Counted from the first letter of the stretch, positions 41,713 to 55,813 are shown. The stretch is 64,000 nucleotides of DNA from Adineta vaga (GCA_021613535.1 CP075497.1:310001-374000), one strand, 5' to 3'. Translations and numbers: made by a program. Notes: generated by a model not told the origin, from the sequence alone.

Positions 41713-42706
41713 ATGAATTCTCAATTGACTTTAATAGTTAATGAACAAACAGAGAACAACAATACTGATGATACTTTACAAATGAAGCATGAAAAAGAAG
41801 TAGTAAGTTTAATTTCATTGTATTTTACAATATAATTTCTTAAATAATTCTTTTGATATGATTTAAAAATAGAAGAAATCTTCGTAGAATAATGTTGAAT
41901 ATTTTAACTTTTTTGTATTTTTATAGAATGAATTATCATTGAATATGAATTCCGAATCAGATAATATGACGAATTCTCAAATATTAAATAAATTAGTTGA
42001 TTATCATAAAAAACGTATACGTAAACAATGGATAAATACACTTATTATTTCGGGAATTTTGTTATTAATTGGTATAATATTAATTCTAATATCGTCTCTT
42101 CTACCTCAATGTAACAAATCATCTAATGAATGTTCACAAATAGATCATATAATCTTATCAATTGGTATAACAATTTGTATTGTCGTTACTTTAGTAGTTT
42201 GTATTGTCTCTTCTATTTGGCCTTTTTATATGAAAAGAATATTTAATGGTTTAAATTCTAATGATATTAATAAACAAATAACTATTTGGAAATTATCTGG
42301 TGAAGAATGGACATTTTATTTAAATTATATTTATAATAATAAAGAAAAAGTAATTTATAGAGATTATTTATCATGTTTTAGTTTTAATCAACAATTATAT
42401 GAAGAATTAAATAATCGTCAATATGGATTTATTATTTTTTATGAAAATGGTTTTATTATTGATCAATTATATTTTATTTCATTTAAGAAATATATTTTAA
42501 TTGATATACAATTAAAAACATTCTCTTCAGATTTATCAATATTAGGATTAAGATTTAATACTTTTTTAAGTGGAAAATATAGAAAATATATTTCTTTTGA
42601 TATATTTGCACCATCATCAATAATACACAATCAATTATATCAATTGATTTATTCATATGAAAAAAAGAAAGCTACTCCGTGGGATTTACTTCCAGATTTT
42701 TATTGA
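41713..42706 (+). CDS. Two-TM membrane protein of unknown function; exons 41713-41802, 41927-42706
   Basis: Phase-0 GT-AG intron; two hydrophobic helices separated by a short C-x6-C loop. Confidence 0.7.
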
Positions 42707-43209
42707 ATTGACAAAGATTTATATATAAACATTATTCTACTTATACTTTAAAAAAAAGACTATTCAATATACTATTGATTTCTTTTTTCTTTTTTTAACA
42801 ATAAAACATTATATTCTTGAGGGTGTGAGTAAGGATGGTTCTTATTGATTATTCATTCTCACCCACACCCTTCAACATTGATATGATAGTATGGTGAAGT
42901 TTCGTCATCACTTTATGTCAGTCGTTTTTTGCCCATACACAGGCTCATATTGTAGCAATGGTAATAAACCATTGTGAGGGTGGATGAGAGCGACGGCGAA
43001 TAAGAGATAACTACGACCTAGAAAAAGAATACAATTGTCTACTTCTATAGTTCAATAATTCTGTTAATCCATTCTTCACAAAAGCTTGGTTAAATCGTAT
43101 AAATCGAGTATTTCAGGCAAAATGAAAATATAGAGAAAAGCATGGATATCAATATAATTAAAATAGTTTAGCAAATGAGAATAAAAGATTATTATTCGCA
43201 CAATTTCTA

Positions 43210-43860
43210 TCATATGTGTGACTTATAATTTGATGTTGTTGTTGTAGTTGAAATTGGTACGATTGACGTTTGTCTTTCATAAAATATTCGAAATATTATA
43301 TGAATAACAAATGGAATGATCAATCCACCAGACAAATCCAAAAAAAGTATCATAATACAAACTATGTGGAAATTCTGTACATATGAATAAGTAATACACA
43401 TTGTCTCATAAGAATAATTTCTATACCAATGATCAACAAATAATTGATCAATCATATGTTGAACAATTTCATTCATTCTATATTGATCGAGTGATGAAAG
43501 TATTTCAATTGTTATATTTCTTGACTGTTGTCTAAAATTATATTGAATCAAATCTAAACATGTCTGATTATATAGACATTGAAATGAAGATCGTAATATT
43601 GATTTAATTGGAATATATCCAATAAAAAAAAACATCGATAGATGAATTATTAAGTACTAATGGTTCTGAACAATTAATTGAAGTTCTATGGGTACATGAT
43701 TTATTATTATTTGTTATAGGAATGGTATAAAATGGAGAATAAGCTTTCCTTTTCGAGGCAGTATATTTTCAATTTGTTTCATATAAGGAATAATTTCATT
43801 GAAATTAATTCACCACTAATGAATTTTGTTTAATAAAATTGTGTTAAACTTGTATTCATC
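43210..43860 (-). pseudogene. Decayed 2-TM Cys-rich module family gene
   Basis: LRSSFQCLYNQTCLD..IVQHMIDQLFVDHW..YE.MC.TYSY..LSGGL, with deletions and frameshifts. Confidence 0.7.
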
Positions 43861-43921
43861 GTTTCTGCAGTTCATTTACATACAGATTTAAGAACTTGAG
43901 ATTGAGAGTGTGGGTGTAGAT

Positions 43922-44940
43922 TAGTGGCGTAACCAGGGGGTGGCCAGGGGGGGCTCAGCCCCATCACCGGGCTTTTGAGCCCCACCATCCAAATTTTAGA
44001 AAGGGAATGAAATTTGGCAATTGAAGGTCTGTTCTTGCGCAAATCTTTTTGGAGTGAAACTGAGCTTATCTTTCACTCTCATTTATCGATATTATGAACA
44101 TCTTGTAATAATGAAAGTATTACAGATCTAAAATATTGATCTGCATATGAGCTGTCTCAGCGCTTGTTAGATTAGTAAAAAGTACAATCTATATTAGTGT
44201 CGTTGTAGATATGTGAAAAGAACGTTCTCGGAAAGGGAAATGATCAGAATGACTGATGGTCGATTGAGTAATATTGCTTTAATTTCTATTGAACATTACA
44301 TTAAAATTATCTAGGAAGAAAAGACGTTCAAGACAGTTGTCAGATTATACTGATATAAAAATTTGTCTTATTTCCTTGTCTTTAGAAATATTTTTTGCAT
44401 GTACACATGAGCTGATCATTCATTGACATCAATCAGCTTATAGACTTCTAAATGTACTTTAATACAGTGTTCAAAAATTTAGTAATGTTAGCATTTCTTA
44501 ATCAACTTTATTATTAGTAATGCAATCTTTGAAGTATCAATTAGGTCTTTTTTAGTCTTGCCTCAAATCTCGTATGTTTTTTCCCAAAAAATATACCTGC
44601 GCAAATCTTCCCAAGAGACTTGTAGAAGCGCACTCGGGTTTTAAACGTTAACTTAACTAAAAAACGAGTTACTTCAGAATCTAATACGGTTTCTTTAAAA
44701 ATTATATAAGCATATGAGACATCCTTGCGATTTTTCGCACTAATTCTCATACTACACATCCGAAATTTTCAGAACATGCTTAGCATAAGAGGATGCAACT
44801 TTGTTATAAAAAATGGCGTATCAGTCCGATCCTCTCGACAGAAAAATGGCAGAAACTAGATTTGTCGTTTAATTTCACTAAGGGTATACATAGCAGTGGG
44901 GCTGAGCCCCACCACTCTAAAATTTCTAGTTACGCCGCTA
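43922..44940 (+). mobile_element. Non-autonomous hAT element (1019 bp)
   Basis: TIR TAGYGGCGTAACYAG, 8-bp TSD GTGTAGAT (43914-43921 and 44941-44948), subterminal GGGGCTSAGCCCC palindromes, internal remnant RMTDGRLSNIALISIEH. Confidence 0.88.
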
Positions 44941-45660
44941 GTGTAGATGAGAGTATAGAGCTCACACTTACATCCACGCCCTCCCTATACCTTAAGACTT
45001 CTGAAATGTGCCTTGGCAAGTACAAAATCATGATTACGTTAGCTTCATTTATCCTCACATCCTCAAACAAATCATTATATACACACAAGGACACTCGTTA
45101 AAGAAAGAAGCTAACAACTTATTTTGATCTTTTAATGTCCCCATTCAATTTTTCTCGTTTGTGTTTTGTCTTCCTGTCATTTTTGTTACTTAGAGCATCA
45201 TATTGTGTTTTCATTTCTGTTTGGCTCCATGTATTTCTTCAATACTTTTCTTACACAATCATTGCTGTATTTTACTCTTATTATATGCATCGGTCACTTT
45301 TATTTCTTCTTCTCATATTCCTATTGCTGTAGGACGCATTGATGACATTAGGGTGGGTGTGGGTATTATTATTCAGCCACATCCCACACCCTGAAAACTG
45401 CTATGCGCCTGCGTAAAAATCACTAATAAGTCAAGCATCGGTTGCATATGATCGGAGCAATAGATCATATTACATAATTGAAACAAGTGTGAGATGGGTG
45501 AAGGTGTCTATCCTCTCTTACGTCTCACTCACGCGCACAGCCACTATGTATATAATTTTATGCCTTTGTTCTAAAATAGACATAATACACAATGAGGAAA
45601 AATAAATGCAAAAATAGACGATTTATTATGAGGTATCCACTGTAGTATTTATTTTGATGA

Positions 45661-48600
45661 TCAATTACAATCAGCTGAGAAAACACCGACATTATTTCCA
45701 TCGTAATTTGGAACAATAAGATCGAGTTTACCATCAGAATTAATGTCTGCTGTTACTACAGCATAAAGAGGATATCCTGTAGCGTAGGTCTTTTGAGAAC
45801 CGAAAGTACCGTTTCCAATATTGAGGAGAACGCCAACGTTGTTTGACGCGGAGTTTGCAACAATGATGTCTAATTTGTTGTCTCCATTCATGTCGCCAGT
45901 TACTACAAAGTATGGTTGCGAACCAGTGGCATAGATCATTTGAGTCCCAAACGTTCCAGTGCCGGTATTAAGGAGAACACCAACGTTGTTTGAGCCGTAA
46001 TTAGCGACGATAATGTCCGGTTTGCCGTCTAAATTGACATCAGCTACTGCTACAGAATGCGGCTGACTGCCAGTTGAATAAGTGACTTGAGTACCAAATA
46101 TACCAGCACCACTGTTAAGGAAAACACCAACGTTGTTTGCACCATTATTTGCGACAATAATGTCGGGTTTGTTATCTCCATTGACGTCAATTGCCGACAC
46201 AGAATGCGGCTGAGAGCCAGCTGGATAGGTCACTTGAGCACCGAATGTACCAATTCCGGTGTTGAGGAGAACACCGATATTGTTTGACAAAAGGTTTGCA
46301 ACAATAATGTCGGGTTTGTTATCTCCGTTGAGGTCAACGATCGAAGCCGAATGCGGCTGAGAACCAGTACCGGTGGAATAGATGACTTGAGGCGCGAACG
46401 TGCCAGTACCATTATTAAGAAGAATGCCAACGTTACCTGCATCAGAATTTGCGACAATTAGATCGAGTTTACCGTCGGAATTGACATCAACTGCTCCGAC
46501 AGACCACGTCAAACCAGGACCCACTGAATATTTGACTAGACCAGCAAACGTACCGTTACCAGTATTAAAAAGAATACCAATTTCATCTGAGCCAGAAAGT
46601 CCCACCACAATGTCCGGCTTTCCATTACCCTTAAGGTCACCTGTTGTTATGGGAAATGGCTTAGATCCACTGCCAGTTGAATAGGTAATTTGTGTCGTAA
46701 AATTTGTACATACAACTGTTATGAGAAAACAAAACATTAGCTTTTATGTGATAATATCGAAGGATCGCGTTATTGAAACGGTTTTGTTTTTGTAAGAACT
46801 TTCTCTCAGAAATTGCTGCTACAAAGCAAACGAAAAGGTAGGAAGTGTTTTCTTTGAAAAAGTTTTCGCTTGCTTTCGATTAATCTCAATATTTTGTCTT
46901 ATTACCATCACAGTTTCTACTAGAGTATATACCCTCATATGTCTAACTGCAAACTGACAGGCTGTCGTATTTTTAAAATACTTAGTTCAGATTATGTGGA
47001 AAATTTCACATTAGTTTTAGACTGGAAGTTTATATCCAGACTCATCAATGCGAATTTTGGCACGACAGATAGAATTCAATAAAAGTCGTATGTATATAAA
47101 GGTAAGTCAAAGCACACGAGAATATATGCACAAACAACGCACTCGCATGGACAAATTTTGGTATCTCGTGTCATATGTTATCTCATTATAAAGAAACAAC
47201 AAGTTTTCTAGTCTGTTCCTTTTATCTGTAGTGCGCCATCAACTACGCGACAAGAAAACAGGGTAAGATTGAAAAAGTCAATGAGAAAAACCGGATGGTT
47301 AACAGCTTCTTCTACTAGCCCTATAGACAGAATGTTTATCGTATATGGGAGTACAAAAGCAAATGCGATCTTACCTCTTGTAGTTGATGTTGTCAATGCT
47401 GTTGAGGAAACCGTTGTTGAAGCTGTTGTCGAAATCGTTGTTGATGCTGCTGTTGTTGAAGCTGTTGTGGACACCGTTGTTGAAGCTGTAGTAGAAATCG
47501 TTGTTGAAGCTGTAGTGGAAATCGTCGTTGATGCTGCTGTTGTTGAAGCTGTAGTGGAAATCGTTGTTGATGCTGCTGTTGTTGCGTTTACTGGTTGTAC
47601 TGATATTGTGATTGTTGCTGAATTAGGTTTGGTGAGAAAGGAGAGAAGTATTGCAGCAATAATAGTGCCAAGAAGAATAAGAGCAATTAGAGACAACAAT
47701 AAACAGCAAGGTGAACATCGGAAACAAATGGAATAAAGAAAACTAAGTAAAAGATTTTCAAAATATAACATGGAAAAAAGTGCAAAACATTTATTTACCC
47801 TTTCTTTTTGTTTCTTTTTGACTTCTGATATCGTGTATCTCTTAAATCTGTTTGGTTTAACTGTTTATCAGGTACCTAAATTGATTTAAAAGATAACTAT
47901 GAATAACAAATAAATAGGTAGTTTCGGTCAGATATGCGCCGAGTAGCTTGCATTCAATCAGTAGGATACAAGTATTTAATTTATGTATGTCTACCTGCTG
48001 ATAAGAACCCAATTTTGGACGGAATGCATTATTTTCGGTTCATACTTAATCCAGTAGATTGACATACAAAAAATCAGATGCTTGTTACATTTTGATATAA
48101 CACAAGTTCTTAGCAATTCATTCAATTATTAACTATGCAGTTTTAGCATAAAATCAATTCAAAATATTTGTAATATTGTACCAACTTAGTTTTACATCTA
48201 ATCACTGACTTTCAAATATAGGGATGAGTTCTGTTTATTTTTACTGATGAATCATTATTGACTATTGATGCTCTTTCTTGATTGTATGCTTCATATTTCC
48301 CAGCTGTGTCATCTGTTCTTGTTGGCAGGCCATTCTGTTGTGGTGAGTTTTTCTTCATATCATAATTTTTGTCTTGACTGCGTAATGGCTATTACGAAAG
48401 AAAAAGACCTCAACAGATTTTGAAATGACAATCATAGTCACACAATCACCCTCCATTATCAAAATATTTATGAACGTTATTTAAAGGATCTCACCGAAAG
48501 CAAATTGTTTTCATGCTTGACAGACTTGTTGCTTGTTGAAGTGATACTCTTTGGTGACCGAATGGTTGCATGAATGACAACATTAGGTCGCTTGGCTTTT

Positions 48601-48838
48601 GCTTTTAAACCAGGATTCTATATTAAAATAGTTTGAAAGTGCAAAGACAAAAAATAAACATAAAAAAACTTACTTGATTTTGCGATGATGAGTGATGAAC
48701 TTGACCATCTATTTTGAAAGTGGATGGTGGAGATTGTGAATGACTAACTTTAATATTGTGTGTATCTTTTGATGATATAAATAGTACGCGATTTGGATCA
48801 CGTCGTGTTGTTTTGATGCTTTGCGACTTAATATTCAT
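45661..48838 (-). CDS. Type II membrane protein: cytoplasmic tail, TM, Thr/Ser mucin stalk, 7x FG-GAP propeller
   Basis: Basic KSKRNKKKG, then CFRCSPCC and TM, TTASTT repeats (47380-47590), phase-1 splice into 7 DxNxDxKxD repeats. One 5' exon near 48000-48060 is unresolved. Confidence 0.8.
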
Positions 48839-49281
48839 CGTACAATGTAGGAATTTCAATGTATTCTGTCGTATACATTAATAAAATGAAAGTTTGATTT
48901 TCAGCCGACGACTGCATTCAATTTTATGTTGTAAGCAAGAAGAAGAAAGACAGCGTATAATTATACATATTGAGGGTTTCCTAAGAATGGAGTATTGTAC
49001 ACTACAGACTAATATAAAAGTTTCTTATGTATGTAAATATAAGGTTTATTTTTTTTAATTAAATCGAATTTTCTATCAAAAGAACTGAAGAAAAGTACAT
49101 CCCCAAGAGTGTACGTTTTAAGAATGTTGTCAGAAGACACTTCCTTTTGAAAAATAGACTTCTATGTCAATCGTTCCTTCATTCAGAATAGAAGCTATAT
49201 CGATCTTGAGGGTGTGGATGTGAAGTATCTTTATTGTTTTCTACTACACTCACGCTCACACCCACCCTAGAAATCAAATCT

Positions 49282-52200
49282 TTATTTTAAAATATATGAT
49301 GCTCTTTTACTCATATATTTAATAGCGAGAGTTTTCATAAGTTCAATGAATTCTTGATTATGTTCTTGTATTTCATTGTGTGCCAGTTCGTGACATATAA
49401 CCATGTAGTAAAAATTGACAATATTCTGAACAATAAAATTTGATGGAGTTGGATTTTGTTGAAAACTAGTAAATTTTTTCGCATAGACTTGTTCGAAATA
49501 ACGAAGATTAAAGAAAAGAGAACCATTATTATTGAAAGCAATACGATCTGTCAAAACGAAAATCGAAGAATAGATTTATTTAATATCTCATATCTACTTA
49601 CTTCCATTAATATCTCGAAAAAGATGAAAAATATTAACGGGTAGTTCAAATACATGTTGTGCAAGATTATTTAGAACCCATGCGAGTTGTTCAGCTTGTT
49701 TAAGCATATCTTTTGTGATAGTTGCATTTTGTTCAATAAAAAGAGGAATTGAATAAAACATTTTTTTATAACGTTTTCCTGTAATAGCGGATTTTTCTAT
49801 ACATTGATATTCGATACGTTGTTGAACATTTTCTGTTTGACTCAGCAGTTGATCGGTATAACTCTGACACTCACGAATCATATTCTGTATCCACTCGTCG
49901 TCATCTCGATGTAAAGATTCAAAATCATCAATACGATGATCACGATTAAATCGTTCTTTTGTTGATATCTGACGAAAATTATCAGTAGATTTCACGTCAG
50001 GTTTTTGTTCACATTGTGAATCTAAAATCAATTCTTTTTAAATCCAATACACATATAATCTTTATATTTACCATTGTTTCTTGATTTTTGTACTTTATTA
50101 GATGAATTATCTTTATTGATATTACCTTGTGAACGATTCTCAATCACAGGTTTATCTGTTTCCATTTTTGGCGATAGAATTTCATTATCTCTATACGATG
50201 CAGAGGGTGTTGACGACATGTTATCATCGATCAACTGATCCACAGGCACATTACGTCGTTTTAGTTGCGCTAATGACAAAAAAAGTTTATCTTTTAATAT
50301 AGAAATTTGTTCATCCGATGGTTTTCGAAATACAAATTGAGCAAATACAGTTGCAATATGAAAATATTCAATTTCATGTTCATCTTCTTGTAAATATAGA
50401 ATTACGTTGTCGTCATTGGCAACAATTGAACAAAACATACTTTCATTTCGCTATAATATATATATGAAAGTTTTATAAATAAAATTAAGAATATAATCTT
50501 AATTACATCAAGTATAATCGTTTTCTCTTGAAATGTTAATTCAGATCGTATATTATCGTTTTCATAAATTAATAAATTTTTTTCTAAAAGCTTAAAATGA
50601 GTTGTATTAATATCCAATAATCGCTCACACTATATGAAAATGAGAAGAAATCAGTTTTTCTTTCTTTTAATCAAATAACCTACGTGATTATTAACGAATA
50701 AAATTGGAAAACGATGAGAAATTAATTCTTGTAATTTTTCACATCGATTCGATTGACTTGTTTTACCTAAAAAATTGATTAAATTTCTGAATCTATTCAA
50801 CTCTTTGTTAAAGATAAACTTACCAATTGGAAAAGATGTTTCTTTAACATAATTCGATATCCAAGGTGCTCCAAAATTTTCATATAAATTTTGAATTTCA
50901 ACAATATATGGTGCACATAATAATTGAAATTTTCTTACACAAAGAGAATGATCATCTAGAAAAACATCACATGACTTCACAATTTCGAATGTCTCGTGTT
51001 TACTATCAATTTTCTTATATCCAAGACACCAAGGTTCATTAGATAATCGATGCTTTAGAGTTGTTGTCAATTTTGATATATCCACTGCAAGTTTTTTCAA
51101 GCAATTTATATAAAACTCGATTTTATCGGATAAAATTTCCTTATTATCGTAAGAACTACGAAAATAATTTTGTTGTCGATCCAGAATAATCTGAGCAAGT
51201 ATTAATGGTGATGGTGAATAAGAAACACCAATTTTCTTTAGAAAACAATTTCCTTCTTTTCCAAAATTAACATAATCAATTAATCCATTTGTATTGTGAT
51301 CATTATTTATCGAATTATCTGAATAAATAAAAACTTCATATGGTTTTTTCCATAAATTATTTCCTAAAGAAAAAAAAAAAAAGAAGAAAATGTTTTGTTT
51401 AATAAAAAGAAACTTTTCTATTTAATATAAAACAAACCTTGAATAAAAAGAGGAATAAAATCAATTTGATTAACATATTTATTAAAATGATCATCATTTT
51501 GTTGATAAATTTGATTAAAATAACTAAAAAGTTTAATTAATATTTCATTTATTAATAAAAATTCATTTTTTCTTTTTAAAAATAAATCAAAAATAAAATG
51601 AATTGTTGGTGATGATTTTATATTAAATATTGATTTATTTAATGAATATTTATTTAATAATTCAATTACTTGAGATAATAAAATATTACATAATGGATTA
51701 TTATCTTAAAAATAATATAAAATAAAGAAATATTTATTAAATTTACAATTTACCTATATAAACTTCAATTGTTTTTGATAAAATAATTTCATATTTATTA
51801 TTAATTAGATTTAGTGAAGAACGTGATGGAAGAAATGAATAATTTTCATAAGATTTTGTCCATAATTTTGAATAATATTCAGAAAAATATTTAATAAAAT
51901 AAATAAATGATAAAGATAATTTATATTTCGATTCATTTGTTTTTTCTTCAACACATTTTTCATTATGTTCTTGAGTAATTCGATGAAATAATAATTCTAA
52001 ATCAACAAATTCACGAACACCTAATTCTTTAAGAAATAAATATTCTTTGGAATTTAATTTTATATTAAGCCAATCAATTATTGGTAATTCACAACAATTT
52101 AATTCATTTTTAACACATGGAAAATAAAGTTCTTGTGGAACATATCGACGAGTTGTTGTTCCCGTTGAATTAGATACCGTTCCTATTCTCAGAAAATGAA

Positions 52201-55200
52201 ATATTGAAATTAAAGGTGATGATACTTTTATGTACATCCTTATCCTAAAGAGTATATACTAACCTTGAAGCCATCTATTTCGTTTCAAAGCATCAAAATC
52301 TGCATCAGTCATATTCTCCCGTTCTTTGATTAATCTTTGAATTAATATTTCCATTGTTTCATTGAATGATAAAGTTTGAGATTCAATAAATGATTGTAAA
52401 TGAAAAGTACGACATCCAATTCGTTTAAGAAATTCAATTGAAACGAAATCTTGTTGAATGATATTGAATTCAATAATTGGAATATCAGATGATGAAAGAA
52501 TTGTTGATGGAATATATGATTCATCAGGTATTCTTATACCACGTGTTGTTTGTATACATTTAATATCAGATAAAATTAATTTTATTTTATTCCATTCTGA
52601 TTCTTGAAATAGATTTGATTGTTTTGAAAGAAAACTAAGTAATTGTTCATTAGCACGTAAATGATAAAATATATATCCTTGATTTGGATGTAAATAATAA
52701 TCAATTATCTCGATAATTGACCATGGAGTTAATTTTAATTTTCTTTGAAGTTCTTCTCTTGAAAAATGAATAACAATATTATTTGATAAAATATATTGTG
52801 GAAGTTTAAGAAGTGATGGAATATTAAATAAATCATAATATTTTAAGTTTTTAACTAATATTATATTTGATTGAATTGTTTCTTGAAATCGAACAAGAGA
52901 AAGAATACGTTGAGACCATTCATTAGTTATTTCATTTCTAGATAAATAATGAATTAATTGAATAAATTCTTTAAGTGTAAGAATAGAAATGGATTCGGAA
53001 AGTTTATGTTCAATTAATTGATAATCAACATATTTTATTAATCCACGTTGATGAAAACATCTAAGAAAATCATTTTGACATAATTCAAATGAAACAAGAG
53101 GAATTCGAAGAAATAAATCGATATATGGAGAAGAAGATAAATATGCATTTTTAAACAAATGTATACGTAAACGAGAGTCTGTTGTTGAAGTAATCACAGG
53201 TACAAAAAGTTTTGATTCATTAATGAAGAATGCTGATTGAATTGTATCACATAAAAATAAGAAATATATATGTATATGTTATGTATATTTTGATATATTT
53301 CATACTGATCTCATTGTTTAGTACAGAAGATTGAAATTGAAATGGAGAAATTGAAAGAAATGCTTCTTGTTTTGTTTTGATAGATGTACTATTAGTTATC
53401 ATTTGATCATAAATAAATCGAACAATTTGTCCAGTTGACAAAAGTAATTCTTTATTCCATTGTGAAATATATGAATCTTGAAAATTAAGATTTTCACGTT
53501 CGATTGTTGGTATAAAATGACTGAAAATATGCATTCCAATGCCTGTTGTTTGTTGTGTTCCAAGACCAATAAATATATAACCTTGAAATATATTAATCAT
53601 TAATATTATAATTGAAAACAAAAGCAATAGTTAACTAACCAGTAGGAATTATTTTTTCTTTACAGAATTTGATTGGTAAAATGGATTTGAAAATTGTATT
53701 ATCGATTTCAAGATCTGTTGATGATTGAATTTGTTTAATTACCTATGAAATGGAAAGATATGAAAATATTAAACGAAACAGAAATCAAATGTACAGAGTT
53801 GGGTGTATATAAAAGTTCAATATGAATTGTATTTAGTAAATCTTTCTTTAGAATGTGTCGAATTTGTTGATGAAATTCTTTATTAATTATTACAGATGCT
53901 TTTATAGAAATATGATTTAAAGTAATAGAAGGACCATCAGTAATTGTGAATGTTTGTTCGTTTTGAACAATTGAATCAAAACGAAATAAATGGTTCAAGG
54001 ATTTTTTTACATCAAAATCCACTATAGTCATCGGTAAGATTTGACGTGTTTTAGTCTTGCGAATTTCAAATACGTTTTTATCATTGATTTTAATAACAAG
54101 TTCATTAATATGCTTAGTAAATGAAAGTACTAAAATCAAAAAAAATATATACAGAAGATATATAATATGAGAATTGTTATTTTTAACCTTTTGTGAAATA
54201 ACTTTTCAGTTGAGGTAAATTCATAGTTAAGAAAGTTTCAGTTTGCTCGGTAATTGGATGATTCAATAAAATATATTTTTTGTTTAAAGATAAACAAATT
54301 GAAGTCGGATGTGGTTGTTTCTCAACAGGTAAACTACGAATACATGTTTTCAAAACTTTATCATCTTGCCAAGTAAAGGTCATCAATTTTGTCCCCGAAA
54401 TAATGATTGGTTCTTCACAAAGTGAAAACACAGAGAAAAATCCAACACCAAACTGACCAACTGAATCAACGTCCGTATTTCCTTCTGCAATAGTAGCTAC
54501 GCGATTCCAATCGATTTCACTAAAATCACGTCCATTGTTAGTTGCACAAATTTCTGTAATACAACTATTATGAAAATCCATCTCTAAGAAAATAAACAAC
54601 GATTCGATTGATAAAATTATATGATCGACATCCTCACTCCAAAATTCTTCGGGTATTACTACTTTACGCTAACACCACACACACCCAACTTTTCGAGATG
54701 GCATGTTGGTCACTCCTACTAACACCCACAACTCGATGAGTTATGCTCACTAACACCCCCTTTCTTAACCTTTTAAGAGAAGTAAACCCCTGACAAACTC
54801 GAAAAAATCACCTTCTTCAACGCTAACACCCAATAACTCTCTTATAGTCCACACAAACATCCAAACTAGTCTAAACTAACACCCACACAATTGAAAAATC
54901 TACATTTTTGAAAGCAAACGTCGTGTGCTCCCATTGAGTTTTAGGGATCTGGGTGAACATCTGGGTGGAATTCTTAAGGGTCTCAAATTAGTGCGCGAAA
55001 GTAGACCAGAATTTTCCCATTTCTTTCTATGATATACACCCTCACTCATGAGGCTGAAAGGGTACAAAGCTTATGAAATATGTTGATATGAGTCTGTATG
55101 AATATGTGTGGGTGTGGGTGAAGATAGGGATTGACTTGTTCATATTAAGCGAAGGATGAGTTTGGTAGCGAGTAAGCGTTAATGCACTTTAGGACATCAT

Positions 55201-55813
55201 AGAAAGAAATGGGAAAGTTCTGGTCTACTTTCGCGCACTAATTTGAGACCCTTAAGAATTCCACCCAGATGTTCACCCAGGTCCCTAAAACTCAATGGGA
55301 GGACACCACGTGTGCTTTCAAAAATGTAGATTTTTCAATTCTGTGGGTGTTAGTTTAGACTAGTTTGGATGTTTGTGTGGACTATAAGAGAGTTATGGGG
55401 CGTTAGTGTTGAAGAAGGTGATTTTTTCGAGTTTGTCAGGGGTTTACTTCTCTTAAAAGGTTAAGAAAGGGGGTGTTAGTAGCAGTGACCAGCATGCCAT
55501 CTCGAAAAGTTGGGTGTGTGTGGTGTTAGCATAAATTAGTAATACCCAAATTCTTCTTACCCGACATATCACTTGAACATCGTTCAACATTGTCGGATGT
55601 TGAACAAGTAATTTCGAAATGAAATCATGTCGCTCCAGCATCGTCGGCATTTTGAATAAGTTCTCGACAGACAACAAATTCGGACGAATAACGAGCGAGC
55701 ATTTTGTCAATTAAATTTCGTATATTAACTCGAACCACGGCCTTTTTCCCACCATTTTGTACTGTCGCTCGAATAGTATCCGCTGATGGGAACGGTACGG
55801 AACTGGTTGCCAT
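49282..55813 (-). pseudogene. GHKL ATPase + DUF3684-like + C-terminal HExxH protein, multi-exon, with an in-frame TGA in exon 1
   Basis: VRVNIRNLIDKMLARYSSEFVVCRELIQNADDA, TNNG, IAEGNTDVDSVGQFGVGFFSVFS, GLGTQQTTGIGMHIFSHFIPTIERE, IAFNNNGSLFFNLRYF, ICHELAHN. TGA at 55627-55625, after which the frame continues to a phase-matched donor. Confidence 0.78.
54651..55547. mobile_element. Foldback / Mutator-like non-autonomous element in intron 1 of the GHKL gene
   Basis: About 350-380-bp inverted arms (54651-~55033 and ~55196-55547) starting GGGTATTACT; 9-bp TSD AAATTCTTC (54642-54650 and 55548-55556). Confidence 0.88.

Noticed and set aside
47269-47736. 155-aa Val/Ala/Glu-rich ORF on the + strand
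   Set aside because: Antisense shadow of the Thr/Ser stalk repeat exon.
35550-55627. Alternative genetic code or selenocysteine explanation for in-frame stops
   Set aside because: TAA, TAG and TGA all occur as lesions and as normal terminators; the TGAs are not at evident Cys positions.
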